Assembly (NCBI GenBank): GCA_963700145.1 | Contig: OY969474.1 | Location: 1,536,001 to 1,600,000, forward strand | Reading direction: 5' to 3' | DNA from: an uncultured Acidobacteriota bacterium | GTDB taxonomy: Bacteria; Acidobacteriota; Thermoanaerobaculia; Multivoradales; UBA5704 | DNA: 64,000 nucleotides | In this document: positions 46,876 to 60,198 of the stretch, piece after piece | Numbering within the stretch: the stretch's first letter is position 1 | Layout: the number at the start of each line of letters is the position of its first letter | Notes under the pieces: model-generated | The model's input: the letters and a program-made list of their open reading frames with translations, nothing else | The model's database searches: none | Told to the model about the DNA's origin: nothing | Program-made: the position numbers and the translations under genes

Positions 46876-49800
46876 CTAACTCGCCTCTGGCAGCCCAAGC
46901 TCGGGCAGGGACTCGACGATCCGGACTGTTTCAAGACTCACAGTGACGACCTGTCCGATCAGGCGGAGGATGTACTTCGGGTCGTCCTCTCGATTCGGAT
47001 CGTTCACGATGCCACTGCGTTTGTCAGTCGTGACACGGTATTGATCTACGATCCACCCCAACGCGCTCCTATGTCCCAAGCGATAGCGCTCGACATCGCG
47101 CGGGATGCCCTGCAGCGTCAGTGCCTGGTTGTAGATGAGCTCCCCAGCCTCCCGGTCGTATTTCATCCGCTCCACCCTGAAGTCGAGTTTCGCCTCCGTT
47201 TTCCAATGCTCGACGAGCGGAAACTCCGGCTGCCGCTCGTAGTCAACATGCAGTTCCGCAAGGTGGCTACCTGCCTCCGCAAATGGCCGGAACTCTGAAG
47301 CAAGTGGGATGCGCGGCAGTTCACGCCGCAGATTTGCGATAAAGCGCTCCCGGTACATCGGTTGGTGAAGAACGGCGTAGACATAGTGAAAGATGTCCCA
47401 CTTCGTTATAGCTGGGTCGTCATAGCGCTCTCGGAACACTGACAGCGACCAACTAGTCAAGTTCTCACGGCGTTTATTAGAGCCATCGAGGTCATAGACG
47501 TAGAAGGGGAAAACTTGGGAACCTCCTTGCGGCATGATATCCACGATCTGCCTAACGGCGAGGGCGAAGAACGGCCAGTCCTGTCCCACCTTGACCCAGA
47601 TGGCACGGTTCTCCTGCTCGGATGCTTCATTCGGAAAGATCTTGTTGAATAGGCGCGGCTCCTCGTTTAGAAGCGGGTCATGGTAGAGACACTTCGTCGT
47701 AAACGGTCTGTACTTCGCCCATCGAAGTGCTGCCGGACGGAAAGAGGTGGAACGGCCTCTCTGTAAGTCTAGCTTAAGGTCACGACTCCACGCGATCCTG
47801 CGCCCGTCATCGTCCACCCAGTCGTCGACCTCCTTCTTCTGTCGCTCAGCGATCGGCCACCGCGCCACGTGATCATTGTAAGTGTCGATCATTCGCTGGA
47901 TGTTTTCGCTCAGAGTTGCCCAATCAAAATTGTACGCCCAGGAGTCTCTATTTGTAGTCACTCCGAGACTGTAGAGGCGGAAGAGAACTTTGCCTGGAAC
48001 TCGGTTCGCGTCCACCTCCTTACTCCCCAATGGAAGGAACGACACGAACTCGGACCGAAGGTCACGTGTAAGCCAATTATGCCGCGAATCTGGTTCAAGG
48101 CGCTGCCACTCAATCGCAGAAACACGGCCCTTCTCCTCGAGGAATCGGCCCTTTTCTTCCCTGCGCCAGTCCTCTCCTGTTCGCGAATAGAAGATTTCAG
48201 CCCGTCCGCCGCGTTTGCTTCGCCTGACAAAAAGGTTGACGCTCACTCCGACCCTAATGCCGAACACATTGTGCGTCGTGCCCGAGAGCTTCGGGTTCTT
48301 GCGCACATTGCCACCGAGGTCAAGCACGTAGATGCGGTCAAATTCCTCTTCGAGGTAGCTGCGCATTCCGTCAGAGGCAATACCGTCAAGGAAGCCACTA
48401 TTGCAAACAAGCGCCACGATCCCCTTCTCGCCGATGCGGTCGGTGGCCCATCGGATTGCTCTTATGTAGGGATCGCGAAGCTTGGAAGTAGATGAGGCCT
48501 TCGAGGCTCTCGCGTAGGTCTCCCTTACCCGCTTGTCCATCTTCTTGTACTTACGGTTCTTGTTGTTGTCATTCTCGTTAACCTGCCCGACGTTGTACGG
48601 CGGGTTGCCGATCACTACCCTGATTGGAGCGCGCCTTTGACGCTCCACGCGCGCAGTGTTAGCCTCCGAGAACATCTGGTGCTGCTGGCTATCCTCCGCC
48701 AGCTCAAAAGTATCAACGAGGCAAATCCCCTCGAACGGCTCATAGTCGTCGGTGAGCTCATAGTAGGTGTGCTCGATGTTCATGCTCGCGATGTAGTACG
48801 GCAAGAGCATGACCTCGTTTGCGTGCAGCTCACGAGCGTACTTCTCAGGCAGAGAGCTCTTCTTGGTCTCCGCGATCTGCCGCAGCACCCGGACGATGAA
48901 GTTCCCGGTGCCAACAAATGGGTCGAGGACTTGGACATTCTCGGCCGCGAGGCTCGTGTCGAATTCGCTTGTCAGTAGCTCGTCTACGCTCCGCACCATG
49001 AAGTCGACGATGGGCTGTGGCGTATAGACGATGCCGTGCGTGTCGGCGACCTTCACCGAGAAGCCTTGGAAGAACTGTTCGTAGACAGTGTTGAGGAACG
49101 CCTGTTTCTGCGAGAAGTCGTCGATACCGGCGGCAGTCGCTTCAATGGCAGTGTAGAAGGGATCGAGACTCTTCAGGAACTCGTGGCGCGAGAAGCTCTG
49201 AGAGGTAAGTGCGTCGATCACCGTCTCGATCTCGGCCGCTATTGCATTGCGGCGCGTGAAGTCCGGGACTTGAAACACGTGACGGAAGATGCGCTCGGTA
49301 AGTAGGTGCTGGATCAGCATCTCCTCGACGGCGGCCTTCGAGATGTTCGGATTGAGGGAGGCCCGGCTCAGCTCCATGAAGGCATCGAACGCGGCGCGGA
49401 AGCGCCGGTTGCGCTGTTCTTCTCGGCGGATCAAGCTGAGCACGCTCTGAGCCAGCTCGGGGACACGGTCCTTGAACTCGCTTACCGCTTCTTCCCAGCG
49501 CTCGAGCTGCGGCTCCTCGTGCTCGAAGAAAAGACGGAGCGCGTCGACGAGGCGCGTGGGTTCGGCGACGGAGAAGTCGAGGGCTTCCGACCCCTGGTAA
49601 AGGAGGATGCGTCCGGGCTGCCAGAAGAGAGTGTTGTTGCGAGGATAGCCCTGACCGAACTTTTCTCGCGCCTGTTTCGCGAGATCAGCGGCCGCCCCCT
49701 TTGCCTCGTACCAACCTCGCGCCAGGCGGAACTCGTCAACCACAAGACCGTCGGGGCGGAGGTTGCGAGATCCGCGGCGCACCGTCGGCTCACGAAGCAA

Positions 49801-49965
49801 CGACCAGCCGGCGTAGCGACGGGCACATCGATCGAGCAGGGTCTCGAACGCGTGCCGCACACCCAGCTCGTGGTCGATCTGAAGCTGCGCACCTTGCTCC
49901 AAGGCGGCGTAGTACTCCCGGACCGCCTTGTCGGTTGCCTTGAGCGCCAGTGATGAGCGAGGCAC
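46876..49965 (-). CDS. Single-chain restriction-modification enzyme (N6-adenine MTase + type ISP-like specificity domain, no helicase)
   Basis: PDG...YEAK nuclease-like N-terminus, GIVYTP, VLDPFVGTGNF, VIGNPPY, GVTTNRD.W, DIFHYVYAVLH, PRIP; lower GC than flanks; start codon uncertain. Confidence 0.88.
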   Translation of the reverse strand: MPRSSLALKATDKAVREYYAALEQGAQLQIDHELGVRHAFETLLDRCARRYAGWSLLREPTVRRGSRNLRPDGLVVDEFRLARGWYEAKGAAADLAKQAREKFGQGYPRNNTLFWQPGRILLYQGSEALDFSVAEPTRLVDALRLFFEHEEPQLERWEEAVSEFKDRVPELAQSVLSLIRREEQRNRRFRAAFDAFMELSRASLNPNISKAAVEEMLIQHLLTERIFRHVFQVPDFTRRNAIAAEIETVIDALTSQSFSRHEFLKSLDPFYTAIEATAAGIDDFSQKQAFLNTVYEQFFQGFSVKVADTHGIVYTPQPIVDFMVRSVDELLTSEFDTSLAAENVQVLDPFVGTGNFIVRVLRQIAETKKSSLPEKYARELHANEVMLLPYYIASMNIEHTYYELTDDYEPFEGICLVDTFELAEDSQQHQMFSEANTARVERQRRAPIRVVIGNPPYNVGQVNENDNNKNRKYKKMDKRVRETYARASKASSTSKLRDPYIRAIRWATDRIGEKGIVALVCNSGFLDGIASDGMRSYLEEEFDRIYVLDLGGNVRKNPKLSGTTHNVFGIRVGVSVNLFVRRSKRGGRAEIFYSRTGEDWRREEKGRFLEEKGRVSAIEWQRLEPDSRHNWLTRDLRSEFVSFLPLGSKEVDANRVPGKVLFRLYSLGVTTNRDSWAYNFDWATLSENIQRMIDTYNDHVARWPIAERQKKEVDDWVDDDGRRIAWSRDLKLDLQRGRSTSFRPAALRWAKYRPFTTKCLYHDPLLNEEPRLFNKIFPNEASEQENRAIWVKVGQDWPFFALAVRQIVDIMPQGGSQVFPFYVYDLDGSNKRRENLTSWSLSVFRERYDDPAITKWDIFHYVYAVLHQPMYRERFIANLRRELPRIPLASEFRPFAEAGSHLAELHVDYERQPEFPLVEHWKTEAKLDFRVERMKYDREAGELIYNQALTLQGIPRDVERYRLGHRSALGWIVDQYRVTTDKRSGIVNDPNREDDPKYILRLIGQVVTVSLETVRIVESLPELGLPEAS

Positions 49966-50018
49966 GAGAGAAGGGTAACGAACGCTGCTGCGGCCGACAA
50001 GCGCGGCCCGCAATCCGG

Positions 50019-50315
50019 CTAGCTTGCTCGATTAGCCCAGTAGCGCGGCCGCCGCCTCTGGTGGGCGATCGCCAGGATCATGATCCTCGCGGGGAGGACT
50101 TTGTAGACGACGTAGTAGGGGAAGCGAACGATCGCGAGCTGGCGGATCTCGCGTAGGGCTATGGCACCAAGACGCGGGTACTGCCTGATCCGCGCCACGG
50201 CCGTCTCGACGTCATCGATGAAGGCCTCGCCGAGACCCAGAACTCTTTCCTCGTAGAAATCGGCCGCCTCGAACAGCTCCCGCCGCGCCAGCGCGTGCCA
50301 GGTGGCTTGGCTCAC
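50019..50315 (-). CDS. RelE/ParE family toxin
   Basis: ARRELFEAADFYE...LG..F, RFPYYVVY, ILAIAHQRRRP.YW; GTGA overlap with the antitoxin. Confidence 0.9.
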   Translation of the reverse strand: MSQATWHALARRELFEAADFYEERVLGLGEAFIDDVETAVARIRQYPRLGAIALREIRQLAIVRFPYYVVYKVLPARIMILAIAHQRRRPRYWANRAS

Positions 50316-50542
50316 TTGAGCCTGGAGCGTGCTTCCCGGAAGACCTCTTCGGAAGGGATCGCCTCGACCTCGCCGCGCTCGAGCTGGAGCGCCCTGGCTT
50401 CGGCCTCCTCGGCCCAAACCCGCGCTACCTCCGCGTCTTCGGTCTCCTCGAGGCTGAGCAGCAACACCCGGAGCAGACGCGCACGGTCCTCGCCGGCCAG
50501 CTGGAGCACCTCGGTTTCGAGCTCTTCAACGGTCTTTGCCAT
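50312..50542 (-). CDS. Addiction-module antitoxin (TIGR02574-like)
   Basis: L.L...DRARL...LL.SLE, W.EEA..R...LERGEV.AIP.EEVF. Confidence 0.88.
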   Translation of the reverse strand: MAKTVEELETEVLQLAGEDRARLLRVLLLSLEETEDAEVARVWAEEAEARALQLERGEVEAIPSEEVFREARSRLK

Positions 50543-50584
50543 CGCAGTTCCCTGCCTCACCAGCATAGCGCACCCCTACTCACC

Positions 50585-51973
<1,389 letters not shown>

Positions 51974-51985
51974 TGTTGCTGCTGC

Positions 51986-53635
51986 TCATCGACGTCCTCC
52001 GCTCGCGGCGCGCGGGAAGATCGCCGGCGCCGGTTCAACGGTCATCGCGGCCGCCGGCGGCAGCCGCACCTCGAAGAGCGCGCCGCCGCCGGGGCGGTTG
52101 GCGCCGCGGATCTCGCCGCCGTGGTCGGTCGCGATGCCGTGGCAGACGGCGAGCCCGAGACCGGTCGAGCCGCGGGTCGAGGTGAAGGGCTCGAAGAGGT
52201 GGTCCAGCACCTCGGGGGCGAGCCCCGGCCCGCGGTCGGCGACGGTGACGACGACGATGCCCTCCGCCCGCTCCGCCCGCACCTCCACCTCGCCGCCGTC
52301 GGGCTGCCCCTGGCAGGCGTTGAGGATCAGGTTCAGGAAGAGCTGCCCGAGGGTGATCCGGTTGCCGCGCACCGGCAGCTCGCCGGCGTCGCCGTCGAGC
52401 CGCACCGCGAGGCCGCGGAAGGCCGGGTTGCCGCGCACGAACTCCACCGTCTCGGCGAGGACGCCGCGCAGGTCGAGCGGCGCCTTGGGCGCGCGGCCGG
52501 GGTCGGAGAAGGCGAGCACCTGGCGGACGATGGCCGCCGCCCGCGCCAGCCCCTCGCGCACCCGCGCCACCAGCGCCGGCGCCTCCGCCGTGCGCCCGTC
52601 GCGCAGGTCCTCCTCGAGCAGCGACAGGTAGTTGGACATCCCGGCCAGCGGGTTGTTGATCTCGTGCGCCATGCCGGCGGCGAGGCGCCCGACGCTCGCC
52701 AGCCGCTCGCTGTGCATGAGCCGGCGCTCGAGCTCGCGCACCCGCGCCTGCTGCTCGTTCTCGACTTCCAGCCGCGCCGCCCGCCGCACCTGGCGGAAGG
52801 CGAGGAGGCCGAGGGCGAGGGTGAGGGTCATGACCGCGAGGTTGAGCAGCACCGTCGTGCGGTAGCGCCCGGCGAGCGTCTCGACCGACTGCACCAGCTC
52901 GCTCCCCGGCTCGCTGCGCACCAGCGTCCAGGCGAGCGGCGGCGTCCAGCGCGGGTCGCGCACCGCGACGCGCGCCTCCAGCGCTCCGCCGCCGCCGCGC
53001 CCCGCCGCCGGCGTGCGGCCGGTCTCCAGGCGCAGCCGCTCCCCGAAGCCCGGCGCGGCGATGGCGAGGAGGGCGTCGGGGGAGATCCAGGCCTCCAGCG
53101 TCCCGGGCGCCGCGGTCACCGGCGTCGGCGCCCCGAGCGGCCAGCGGCCGGCGAGGAGCCGTCGGCCGGCGCCGGTGGCGCGCTCGGCGAAGCTCGCCGG
53201 CGGCAGCAGGACGGGGACGCCGCCGCGGCGGCCGACCACCGCCAGCGCCTCGCCGAGCTCGCCGCGCACGACGACGCGCTCGACCTGCGGGTGCGCCTCG
53301 ACGAAGAGGAGGAGCGTGCTGTCCACGTCCAGCCGCGCCCAGCGGCGCTGCATCTCGTCCTCCCCCTGGAGCGCCGCCAGGTACTTGAGCAGCGGCGGCG
53401 ACTGGGAGAGGAAGATGAAGTCGCCGCGCAGGGTGGCGAGGACCGCCTCCAGCGAGCGCGCGTGCGCCGTGGTCTGGAGCGCCAGCTCGTCGCGCGCCGC
53501 GCGCCGGGCGCCGGCGCGGGCCGAGAGGATCCCCCACACCGCCACCGCGTTGACCGTCAGGAGCACGGCCAGGAGCAGGACGGTGATGCGCAGGCCGGGG
53601 AATCCCGCGGCGCGGCCGCGACGCATGCCACTCAT
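51986..53635 (-). CDS. Sensor histidine kinase
   Basis: Two TM helices, AHEINNPL, NLILNA, DRGPG, LFEPF, GLGL. Confidence 0.93.
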   Translation of the reverse strand: MSGMRRGRAAGFPGLRITVLLLAVLLTVNAVAVWGILSARAGARRAARDELALQTTAHARSLEAVLATLRGDFIFLSQSPPLLKYLAALQGEDEMQRRWARLDVDSTLLLFVEAHPQVERVVVRGELGEALAVVGRRGGVPVLLPPASFAERATGAGRRLLAGRWPLGAPTPVTAAPGTLEAWISPDALLAIAAPGFGERLRLETGRTPAAGRGGGGALEARVAVRDPRWTPPLAWTLVRSEPGSELVQSVETLAGRYRTTVLLNLAVMTLTLALGLLAFRQVRRAARLEVENEQQARVRELERRLMHSERLASVGRLAAGMAHEINNPLAGMSNYLSLLEEDLRDGRTAEAPALVARVREGLARAAAIVRQVLAFSDPGRAPKAPLDLRGVLAETVEFVRGNPAFRGLAVRLDGDAGELPVRGNRITLGQLFLNLILNACQGQPDGGEVEVRAERAEGIVVVTVADRGPGLAPEVLDHLFEPFTSTRGSTGLGLAVCHGIATDHGGEIRGANRPGGGALFEVRLPPAAAMTVEPAPAIFPRAASGGRR

Positions 53636-53758
53636 ACTTTCTATGTTGTCACAGATCGCCATCCGGGCAACGCCGGGCAAGGCGGGATCGCCGCGCGTGG
53701 TCCGAAAGTCAACGATCACCTAGACTTGCGCCAACGAAATAGGTCCGGCTCGCAGGCG

Positions 53759-53773
53759 CGGCACGCCGCTTGC
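53759..53773 (+). promoter_or_regulatory. Sigma-54 (-24/-12) promoter
   Basis: CGGCAC-GCCGC-TTGC, about 45 bp upstream of the 53819 ATG and divergent from the NtrC-family pair. Confidence 0.75.
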
Positions 53774-53818
53774 GACGTTCGCGCGCAGGCCTGTCTTACC
53801 GACAAGGAGGAGACTTCG

Positions 53819-54673
53819 ATGGAGCCATGTCCGTATCGGTCGCGCCGGCTGCGCGCGGCCACCCTCGCCGCCGCCGCCCTGCTGGCGGCCGCCACCCCCG
53901 CCCTCGCCCTCGACCTCAACGGCTTCCTGCCGGCCCGCGGCAGCGGCAGCCTGGCGTTCTCCGTCACCCGCGAGGGCTACGACGAGTTCTTCGTCGGCGA
54001 GACCAAGGTCTCCGACCCCGGCGTCGGGGAGGTGGACATCCAGACCATCTCCGTCTGGCTGCAGTGGGGGATCACCGACGACTTCGCCATCGTCGCCAAC
54101 GTGCCGTACGTCGATGCCGACTCCGACGGCCTGGGCGGCTTTTCGGAGAACGGCCTGCAGGACCTCGAAGTCCTCGGCAAGTACCGCTTCCTCCTGGTCG
54201 ACAGCGGCGCGACGCGCCACAGCCTCCTCGGGGCCCTCGGTGCGCGCATGCCGATCTCCGACTACGAGGCGAACCTGCCGGTGGACATCGGCGACGGCAC
54301 GACCGACGGCCTCGCTCGCCTGGTCTACCAGTTCGAGACCGGCCGCTTCTACTTCTCGCAGCAGGTGGGCTACGACCTGCGCGGCGACGACGCGCCGGAC
54401 GGCTTCCCGCTCTACACCGAGCTCGGCCTGACCCGCGGGCGGGTGACGGTGAGCGGCTTCTACTCGAACTACATCGCCGACGACGGCACCGACATCGGCG
54501 ACCCCGGCTTCACCTTCCCCAGCAACCAGGAGGAGTTCCAGCGCGGCGGGGGCAAGATCTACGCGCGGATCAGCGACCGCTTGGGCCTCTCGCTCGTCGG
54601 CTTCACCACCTTCGACGGCCGCAACACCGGCGACCTCTCGGGGTTCTCGGCGGGGATCAACGTCGACTTTTAA
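53819..54673 (+). CDS. Outer-membrane beta-barrel protein (transporter-like)
   Basis: RBS AAGGAGG, signal peptide, amphipathic strands, terminal Phe (GINVDF). Confidence 0.75.
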   Translation: MEPCPYRSRRLRAATLAAAALLAAATPALALDLNGFLPARGSGSLAFSVTREGYDEFFVGETKVSDPGVGEVDIQTISVWLQWGITDDFAIVANVPYVDADSDGLGGFSENGLQDLEVLGKYRFLLVDSGATRHSLLGALGARMPISDYEANLPVDIGDGTTDGLARLVYQFETGRFYFSQQVGYDLRGDDAPDGFPLYTELGLTRGRVTVSGFYSNYIADDGTDIGDPGFTFPSNQEEFQRGGGKIYARISDRLGLSLVGFTTFDGRNTGDLSGFSAGINVDF

Positions 54674-54717
54674 GATGAAACTCCAGGGGGGAGCGAGCGC
54701 ATAGACTCGCCGGCGGC

Positions 54718-56548
54718 GTGACCTCCCCCTTCCCCACCTTCCCCGACCTCCGCGCCTTCCTCGACCAGCTCCGCCGCGACGGCGACCTCGCCGTCGTCGA
54801 GGCGGAGGTCGACGCGCGGCTGGAGGCGGCGGAGGTCCACCGCCGGGTGATCGCCGCCGGCGGGCCGGCGCTCCTCTTCAACCGCGTGCGCGGCGCCGAC
54901 GTCCCGCTCGCCACCAACCTCTTCGGCACCGCGCGGCGCGCCGAGATGGCCTTCGGCAAGCGCCCGGTCGCGCTCGTCCGCCGCCTCGCCGAGCTGGCGC
55001 CCACGCCTGCTGCCGCCGACGCCGCGCAAGCTCTGGGGGGCGCGCGACCTCGGCCGCGAGGCGCTCCGCCTCGGCACTCGCCGCCGCCGCTCCGGGCCGG
55101 TGCGCGAGGTCGTCACCCGCGACGTGCGGCTCGACCGCCTGCCGGTCCTGACCTGCTGGCCCGAGGACGGCGGGCCGTTCGTCACCCTGCCGCTGGTCTA
55201 CACCGAGCATCCCGAAGGCCGCGGCCACAACCTCGCGGATCTACCGCCTGCAGGTCCACGACGCGGCGCACGACCGGCATGCACTGGCAGATCGGCAAGG
55301 GCGGCGGCTACCACTACGCGGTCGCCGAGGCGCGCGGCGAGGCGCTGCCGGTCACCGTCTTCCTCGGCGGGCCGCCGGCGCTCATCCTCGCCGCCGTCGC
55401 GCCGCTGCCCGAGAACGTCCCCGAGCTGCTGCTCGCCTCGCTCCTCGCCGGCCGCAAGCTCGACCTCGTGCCCCGGCCCCGGGCCCGCACCCGCTCGTCG
55501 CCGACGGCCGAGATCGCGCTCGTCGGGCGGGTGCCCGCCGCGCGTGCGCAAGCCCGAGGGGCCGTTCGGCGACCACTACGGCTACTACTCGCTGCGCCAC
55601 GACTACCCGGTCTTCGAGGTCGAGCGGCTGGCGCGGCGGCGCGACGCGATCTACCCGGCGACCGTCGTCGGCAAGCCGCGGCAGGAGGACTTCTTCATCG
55701 GCGACCTGCTGCAGGAGCTGCTGTCGCCGCTCTTCCCGCTGGTCATGCCGGCGGTCGAGGCGCTCTGGTCCTACGGCGAGACCGGCTACCACTCGCTCGC
55801 CGCGGCGGTCGTCAAGCAGCGCTACCCGCGCGAGGCGATGGCCGCCGCCTTCCGCATCCTCGGCGAGGGGCAGCTCTCGCTGACCAAGTTCCTGCTCGTG
55901 ACCGACCGGCCGGTCGACCTGCGCGACTTCCGCGCCACCCTCGAGCACCTGCTCGCGCGCACCCGCCCCGAGACCGACCTCTACGTCTTCGCCAACACCT
56001 CGATGGACACGCTCGACTACACCGGCCCGGAGGTGAACCGCGGCTCGAAGGGGGTCTGGCTGGGGCTGGGGGAGGCGGTGCGGGAGCTGCCGCGGGAGTT
56101 CCGGCCGGCGGTGCCGCCGCCGCCCGAGGTGACCGACGTGCGGGTCTTCTGCGGCGGCTGCCTCGTCGTCGGCAGCCTCCTCCCCTTCGCCGACCGACCC
56201 GGGCGCCGCCGCCCGCCTCGCCGCGCACCCGGCCTTCGCCGGCTGGCCGCTCCTCGTCCTGACCGACGAGCCGCGCCGCGCCGCCGCCTCGCCGATCAAC
56301 TTCCTGTGGACGACCTTCACCCGCTTCGAGCCCGCCGCCGACGTCCACGCCGCGCGCGTCGAGCTGCGCGGCAACCACGTCGCCTACACGCCGCCGGTCC
56401 TCATCGACGCGCGCCTCAAGCCCTGGTTCCCGCGCGAGCTCTCCGCCGACCCCGACACCGCCGCCCTGGTCACGCGCCGCTGGCGCGAGTACTTCCCCGC
56501 CGGCGGCGTCGAGATGGGCGACTCGGAGTCCGCCCACCTGGACCCCGC

Positions 56549-56552
<4 letters not shown>
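54718..56552 (+). CDS. UbiD family decarboxylase (frameshifted in this sequence)
   Basis: DLRAFLD.L, GGPALLF, TNLFG, WPEDGGPFVTLP, MHWQIGKGG, EGPFGDHYGYY, DTLDYTGP spread over frames. Confidence 0.88.
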
Positions 56553-57848
<1,296 letters not shown>

Positions 57849-57853
57849 CTCTC

Positions 57854-60124
57854 CTATCTGCCTTCCAGGATCGCCGTCGCCTTGTCCACCTGCCGCGCGA
57901 AGCCTTCCAGCACCTTCGCCACCACCGCCGCCTGCTCCTCGGCCTCGCGCCAGCGGCGCAGCTCGATCGCCTCGCGCACCGCCGGCAGGGTCTTGACGCC
58001 GTAGCCGGTGTACTGCCCGGGGGCGTAGACCTGGTGGCGGTACCAGGGGCGGCCGGGGAGCCCCTGGTCGCGGGTCAGCGCCCGCTCGCTGGTCATGTGC
58101 AGCCGGTCGAGGGCGGCGCGCTGGTCGGGGGTGAGCGCACGCCCCGACGCGGCCTGCGCGTCGCGCGCCTTGGTCCAGCGCCCGACGCTCTCCTCCAGCG
58201 CCGCCGCCGCGTTCTGCAGCGGCGCGAGGTTCAGGTGCGGCACCGGCGCCAGCGGCTTCGGCACCACCCAGGTCTGCGTCGGGTCGTCGAAGAGCTCGAA
58301 GGTGCGGCCCTCGATCCGGCGGTTGCGCTCGGCGGTCTCCTCGCGCAGGTCGTCGGCGAGCTTCCCCACCTCCTTGACGTAGGTCCCGACCGCCTCGGCG
58401 AGCGGCGCGAAGTCGAAGGGCAGCACCTCGGACTGCGCCAGCCGCAGCACCGTCCGCCCGCCCACCTTGGCGAGCGCCACGCCGTAGGCGAAGGTCGGGT
58501 CGCCGAAGCGCAGGTAGTGGTCGAAGGAGTCGTAGATCGAGTGGTACTGCCCGTACTGCTCCTCGCCGCCGAAGCCGAGGTCGAGCGAGGCGATGCCGAG
58601 GTGCTGGAGGAACGGGGTGTAGTCCGAGCCCGAGCCCAGCGGGTAGAGCGGCAGGGGCTTGCCGGAGGAGGCCGCCTTCTTCGCCTCGGGCGGCCCGGCG
58701 AGCGCCAGGTAGGCGCGCAGCCGGTCGCCCACGCTGGCGCTCTTCTGCGGGTCGGGGACGTCGCGCGCCACCTGGTTCATCAGTGTCTGCAGGGTGTGCG
58801 AGCCGCCCATGCCGAGGAAGCCGCGCAAGTTGCTGTCGGAGTTGATGTAGGCGACGGCCTTCTTGCGCAGCTCGGCGGCGTGGGTCTCGGCCCACTCGAC
58901 CGAGCCCAGCAGCCCCGGCTCTTCGGCGTCCCAGCCGGCGTAGACGATGGTGCGGCGCGGCCGGAAGCCGGCCTTCGCCAGCTCGCCGACGGCGCGCGCT
59001 TCGGCGAGCACCGCGACCATCCCGGAGACCGGGTCGGTGGCGCCGTTGACCCAGCCGTCGTGGTGGTTGCCGCGCACGATCCACTGGTCGGGCAGCTCGG
59101 CGCCGGGGAGCTTGGCGACCACGTCGTAGGCGGTCGCCAGGTCCCAGTTGAAGGCGAGCTGGAGGTGGACGCGCGCCGGCCCGGGCCCGAGGTGGTAGGG
59201 CACCGGCAGCGCGCCGCGCCACTCTTCGGGCGCCATCGGGCCGCCGATCGCGCGCAGCAGCGGCAGGGCGTCGGCGTAGGAGATCGGCAGGACCGGGATC
59301 TTGGTCAGCGTCTTCGCCTCGGAGACCTTGAGCCGCTTGGCGTTCTTGGTGGCGCCGACGAACGGGGTCAGCGGGTCGCCGGAGTGGAGCGGCATGTCGG
59401 CCACCGACCCGCGCTGCACGCTGTGTTCGGAGCGCCAGCCGCCCTGCGGGTAGACGTCACCCCACCAGTAGCCGTCGCCGCTCGGGTCGCTGAAGATGAT
59501 GCAGCCGACGGCGCCGTGCTCGGCCGCCACCTTCGGCTTGATGCCGCGCCACGAGCCGTAGTAACGGGCGATGACGATCTTGCCCTTGACGTCGATGCCG
59601 CGCCGCTCCAGCTCCTCGTAGTCCTTGGGCACGCCGTAGTTGACGTAGACGAGGTCGCCGGTGACGTCGCCGTCGATCGAGTAGGCGTTGTAGGGCGGGA
59701 GCTGCTCGGCCGCCTGGCCGGAGGTCGCGTCCTCCGGCAGCGCCGGCTCGGTGAGCGTGGCGGTGAACGGCGTCGGCGCCACCATCTCCAGGCGGCGCAG
59801 CTTGGGCGTCGGGAAGAGGACGTGGAACTCCTCCAGCGCGGTCTGGTAGCCCCAGGAGCGGAAGAGCCCGGCCATGAACTCGGCGTTCTCCTTGCCCCAC
59901 GGCGACCCGACCGGGTGCGGGTGGGCGGTGAGGCGGCGCATCCACTCCTTGAGGTCCTCGGCCTTGAGCGCCGCGTCGAAGCGCGCCTCCAGCTCGCGCT
60001 GCGCGGCGGCGGCCTCGGGGCCGAAGCCGAGGAGCGGCCCCGGGGCGGGCGGCGGGGCGGCGCCGAGCGCGAGCAGCGCGGCGGTGAGGACGAGCGGGAC
60101 GGCGAGCGGCGGGCGTCGGCGCAT
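57854..60124 (-). CDS. M28 glutamate carboxypeptidase II-like peptidase (PA, M28, TfR-dimer domains)
   Basis: GNHHDGW, GATDP.SG, WDAEE.GLLGS.EW, GSGSDY, YHSIYD, RPWYRH..YAPG. Confidence 0.93.
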   Translation of the reverse strand: MRRRPPLAVPLVLTAALLALGAAPPPAPGPLLGFGPEAAAAQRELEARFDAALKAEDLKEWMRRLTAHPHPVGSPWGKENAEFMAGLFRSWGYQTALEEFHVLFPTPKLRRLEMVAPTPFTATLTEPALPEDATSGQAAEQLPPYNAYSIDGDVTGDLVYVNYGVPKDYEELERRGIDVKGKIVIARYYGSWRGIKPKVAAEHGAVGCIIFSDPSGDGYWWGDVYPQGGWRSEHSVQRGSVADMPLHSGDPLTPFVGATKNAKRLKVSEAKTLTKIPVLPISYADALPLLRAIGGPMAPEEWRGALPVPYHLGPGPARVHLQLAFNWDLATAYDVVAKLPGAELPDQWIVRGNHHDGWVNGATDPVSGMVAVLAEARAVGELAKAGFRPRRTIVYAGWDAEEPGLLGSVEWAETHAAELRKKAVAYINSDSNLRGFLGMGGSHTLQTLMNQVARDVPDPQKSASVGDRLRAYLALAGPPEAKKAASSGKPLPLYPLGSGSDYTPFLQHLGIASLDLGFGGEEQYGQYHSIYDSFDHYLRFGDPTFAYGVALAKVGGRTVLRLAQSEVLPFDFAPLAEAVGTYVKEVGKLADDLREETAERNRRIEGRTFELFDDPTQTWVVPKPLAPVPHLNLAPLQNAAAALEESVGRWTKARDAQAASGRALTPDQRAALDRLHMTSERALTRDQGLPGRPWYRHQVYAPGQYTGYGVKTLPAVREAIELRRWREAEEQAAVVAKVLEGFARQVDKATAILEGR

Positions 60125-60198
60125 CGGGGCTCCTTTTTCGAGGCGGGCGAAAGGCGCGGGGATTGTAGCGCGGGGACTGTGGCATTCTCCGCGGTGCG

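Noticed and set aside
45836-49965. Array palindromes (AAGCTT, TCCGGA) as recognition sites of the neighbouring RM enzyme
   Set aside because: Type ISP/IIG enzymes generally recognise asymmetric sites; only proximity supports the link.
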